From positions 142-64,141 of the forward strand of contig CANJRC010000009.1 of the NCBI GenBank assembly GCA_947476535.1: 64,000 nt of DNA, in the 5' to 3' direction. The notes beneath the pieces were generated by a model. The model did not search any database, was not told the origin of the DNA, and worked only from the letters and a program-made list of their open reading frames with translations. The first letter of the stretch is position 1. Each line of letters starts with the position of its first letter. Below, piece by piece: positions 61,793 to 64,000 of this stretch. The position numbers were made by a program, and so were the translations under genes. This DNA comes from Betaproteobacteria bacterium. Its GTDB lineage: Bacteria; Pseudomonadota; Gammaproteobacteria; Burkholderiales; SG8-39.

Positions 61793-61973
61793 TTCGAGGA
61801 CTACGGCAGTCCCGTGAAAAACTTGAGGCGGGAAAGCGGCACCAACCGGAGCAATCCCGAGCATGGCGCGAGGGGCAGAGCCTTCCTGGGAGATCCGGAA
61901 TCGCGTCAGACCGTCAGACACCACCCCGGATCTGGCTGCACGCAATATATAAATACTTGTATCAAGAATGGTT

Positions 61974-62010
61974 GTGGATGCCCATCTCCCGGGCATCCAC
62001 ATTTTTCTTT
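61974..62010. terminator. strong Rho-independent terminator hairpin
   Basis: GTGGATGCCC-atctccc-GGGCATCCAC (10-bp stem). The plus strand follows with ATTTTTCTTT. On the minus strand an A-tract precedes the hairpin, so it could also terminate the substrate-binding-protein gene. Confidence 0.7.
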
Positions 62011-62067
62011 CAGTTGAATTCCCGGCTCAGGCACAGCGTGTGCGCGGCCAGAACCGGGGGGGGGCGG

Positions 62068-63186
62068 CTAGAACCCCAGCAACTTGGTGATCGCCTCGCG
62101 TCTCGCTGCCGCACCCGGCTTGGGCGACTGGTATTCCTTGGGCAGCTTTGAGGGCTCGTAAATGGTGAATCCACCGGGATCGTCGTTGAAGATCTTGTTG
62201 CCTTCCTGCGACATGGTGAAGTTGGCAAACAGGCGCGCCGCATTCGGGTGCTTGGCCTTGCTGCGCAACGTCAGCACGATGTGCTGCTCGACACCGGTGG
62301 TGAACGGCAGCATCACCATGTCCAAAGGGGCACCCTTCGATTTCGGCTCCATCACCTGCGCCACCACGGCCGGAACGAGAAAGCTGCCCTCGCCCGCACC
62401 CAGCCCCTGCGATGCCTGGACTCCGGTCCCCACGGGGCGAAGGTTCGGCTTCAGCAGCGTGAAAAATGAATCGCCGTACTTGTCGTAGAGGAGCCCCCAG
62501 AAGTCGACATAGGCGTCCGACACACTTGGATTGGAGAGCAGGATCCTGCCCTTCCATTTGGCATCGAGCAGATCAGGCCAGTCCCTGGGCACGTCTGAAC
62601 CCGTGACGCTGCCCGTGTGATAAGCGATGAGCCAAGGGGAAATGCTGACGATCGCCGTAGGTCCAGTGACGAAGCGGGCCGGAAATTCTCCGCTCTTGAT
62701 CACCGGCAGACCGGCCTGGGATACGGACTCTGTCCATCCCTTCTTGTTGGCCATTTCGACGTACGCCGACGCGCCGCCGGCATTGACCATCATGTCGGCC
62801 GCAATATTTCCGGCCTCCGCCTCGGTCGAATAGCGCTGCTCCAGTTGCGTGCTGCCAGCGCGAATGAACGAGTAGCGCACCCCGTATTTCTTGAGAAAGG
62901 CTTCACCGACTCGCTTGTTGACGTTTTCCGTCGGCGCAGCATAGAAAACCACTTCGCCCTCGGCCTTCGCCGCCTTGATGAGCGCCTCGAGCTCTGCCTG
63001 GGCCGCACGCTTGTCCGCTGCTGATGCGGTCGGCGCGGCAACGGCCTTCGAGGCCTTGGCTGCAGCCGCCTTGGCGTCCTGCCCATGTGCGACGGGAGCA
63101 GCCGCCAGCATCAATGCAGCAACAGGCACCATTGCCGCGCTCCCGTTGCCACGCACTCCAAATATGTTCAAGAATCTTTTCATCAT
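62068..63186 (-). CDS. ABC transporter periplasmic substrate-binding protein (family-1 solute-binding, iron/polyamine-like)
   Basis: 372 aa with a signal peptide and type-2 periplasmic-binding-protein-like sequence. I cannot assign a substrate. Confidence 0.6.
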   Translation of the reverse strand: MMKRFLNIFGVRGNGSAAMVPVAALMLAAAPVAHGQDAKAAAAKASKAVAAPTASAADKRAAQAELEALIKAAKAEGEVVFYAAPTENVNKRVGEAFLKKYGVRYSFIRAGSTQLEQRYSTEAEAGNIAADMMVNAGGASAYVEMANKKGWTESVSQAGLPVIKSGEFPARFVTGPTAIVSISPWLIAYHTGSVTGSDVPRDWPDLLDAKWKGRILLSNPSVSDAYVDFWGLLYDKYGDSFFTLLKPNLRPVGTGVQASQGLGAGEGSFLVPAVVAQVMEPKSKGAPLDMVMLPFTTGVEQHIVLTLRSKAKHPNAARLFANFTMSQEGNKIFNDDPGGFTIYEPSKLPKEYQSPKPGAAARREAITKLLGF

Positions 63187-63279
63187 TACCTCCCCTTAGA
63201 GTGCCAACACAATTGAGGGGATACTCCCCCCAAGCTCCCCTACATCAGGGGGCCATTTCGGTCATGCTGAAATGGCCTC

Positions 63280-64000
63280 TTAATGTTTTGTCTTTTTGAT
63301 TCTCTCACGCCAGTCAGCGGGCAAACCAATGCGCCGCGCTACCGGCGCGCCCTGGCGCTGGTTATTGATGTAGATGCGCGACTGGTTGCGCCCCGGATCG
63401 CCGGCCACCACGATGCTCGTCCACTCCTCCTTGAGCAGCATGGGCACCATGCGCTGAGGATCGTCCGACTCCGCATACAGTGCGGGCGCCGCGCCGCGGG
63501 CGACGACGTCCGCAAGGGGCACCTCCTTCCCCGCCACTGCCAGCGGATAATGCTCCATCCACCAGGCGCTCATCTTGCAATTCTCGAACAGGTGTCGCCG
63601 GATCTCCTTTTTCCCCCACCCCAGGTCCGCGAATCCGCGTGCAACTGCCGGGCTCATCTGGACCAGCGGATACCATTCGCCCCACCACATGGCCGTGAAA
63701 TTCCACGGCCCTGCCGCGCCCGTCATGTAGCGCACCAGCGGGCGCGCCAGCGTCTCCGGATTGGTGCCGCCGCTGTACACGGGCGCGCTGATGGCAACGG
63801 CACTTTGCACCATCACCACATTGTCCTCCTTCTTGAACCCCAGATCGACACGCACCGGGTCCCAGCCCAGGTCCTTGATCGCGCCTTCGTTCTCGCCCAT
63901 GGCCACGTTGAAGGTGAAGCCGATGCTGCCCTTGTCGGTGCTGCCCGGGCGAAAGCCCGCCACATTGCGCATATACATGCGCAGGAAGCGGCCGATCGAG
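63280..64000 (-). CDS. unknown protein, N-terminally truncated by the window edge
   Basis: The frame stays open from the window end to the stop at 63280, with coding-like GC3 bias. I did not recognise the family. Confidence 0.5.
   Translation of the reverse strand, partial: SIGRFLRMYMRNVAGFRPGSTDKGSIGFTFNVAMGENEGAIKDLGWDPVRVDLGFKKEDNVVMVQSAVAISAPVYSGGTNPETLARPLVRYMTGAAGPWNFTAMWWGEWYPLVQMSPAVARGFADLGWGKKEIRRHLFENCKMSAWWMEHYPLAVAGKEVPLADVVARGAAPALYAESDDPQRMVPMLLKEEWTSIVVAGDPGRNQSRIYINNQRQGAPVARRIGLPADWRERIKKTKH

Overview
The window is GC-rich and almost entirely taken up by a flagellar and chemotaxis regulon of the FlhDC type, with gene order and protein sequences that look betaproteobacterial. 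All calls come from reading the ORF translations and DNA motifs; no database search was run.

Gene layout, left to right:
- 1-3.9 kb (minus strand): a che operon of unknown 183-aa gene, cheY-like, cheA, cheW.
- 3.9-18.6 kb: a signalling block. It holds a REC-PAS-HisKA_3 kinase with a NarL-type regulator, a 515-bp structured non-coding gap, a disordered 269-aa protein with a J-domain protein, a Cache-PAS hybrid kinase, an EAL-HDOD gene, a frameshifted HDOD gene, an AT-rich islet, a GGDEF cyclase, and a REC-PAS-GGDEF-EAL gene.
- 18.7-31.1 kb: flgLKJIHGFEDCB (minus), then flgA, flgM, flgN (plus).
- 31.2-37.4 kb: fliA, flhG-like, flhF, flhA, flhB (minus).
- 37.4-38.4 kb: a 1-kb gap containing a histidine-kinase remnant.
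- 38.4-42.4 kb: cheZ, cheY, motB, motA, flhC, flhD (minus).
- 42.8-49.6 kb: fliC, flaG, fliD, fliS, fliT, a FliK-C-like gene, an FlhB-C-like gene, ycgR (plus).
- 49.6-60.8 kb: fliE (minus), then fliFGHIJKLMNOPQR (plus).
- 60.9-64.0 kb: an HDOD gene, an ABC substrate-binding protein, and a partial unknown gene.

I saw no rRNA, tRNA, CRISPR array or transposase.

No single unmistakable new system stands out. The best leads are:
- a 28-codon hydrophobic ORF that fills an AT-rich islet;
- a roughly 180-bp long-range inverted repeat in a 515-bp gap;
- a CheZ-motif protein that heads the che operon;
- a P-loop-less FlhG homologue;
- a FliK-C-like / FlhB-CC-like gene pair;
- FliA-type promoter boxes in front of c-di-GMP genes;
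- a J-domain two-gene cassette.
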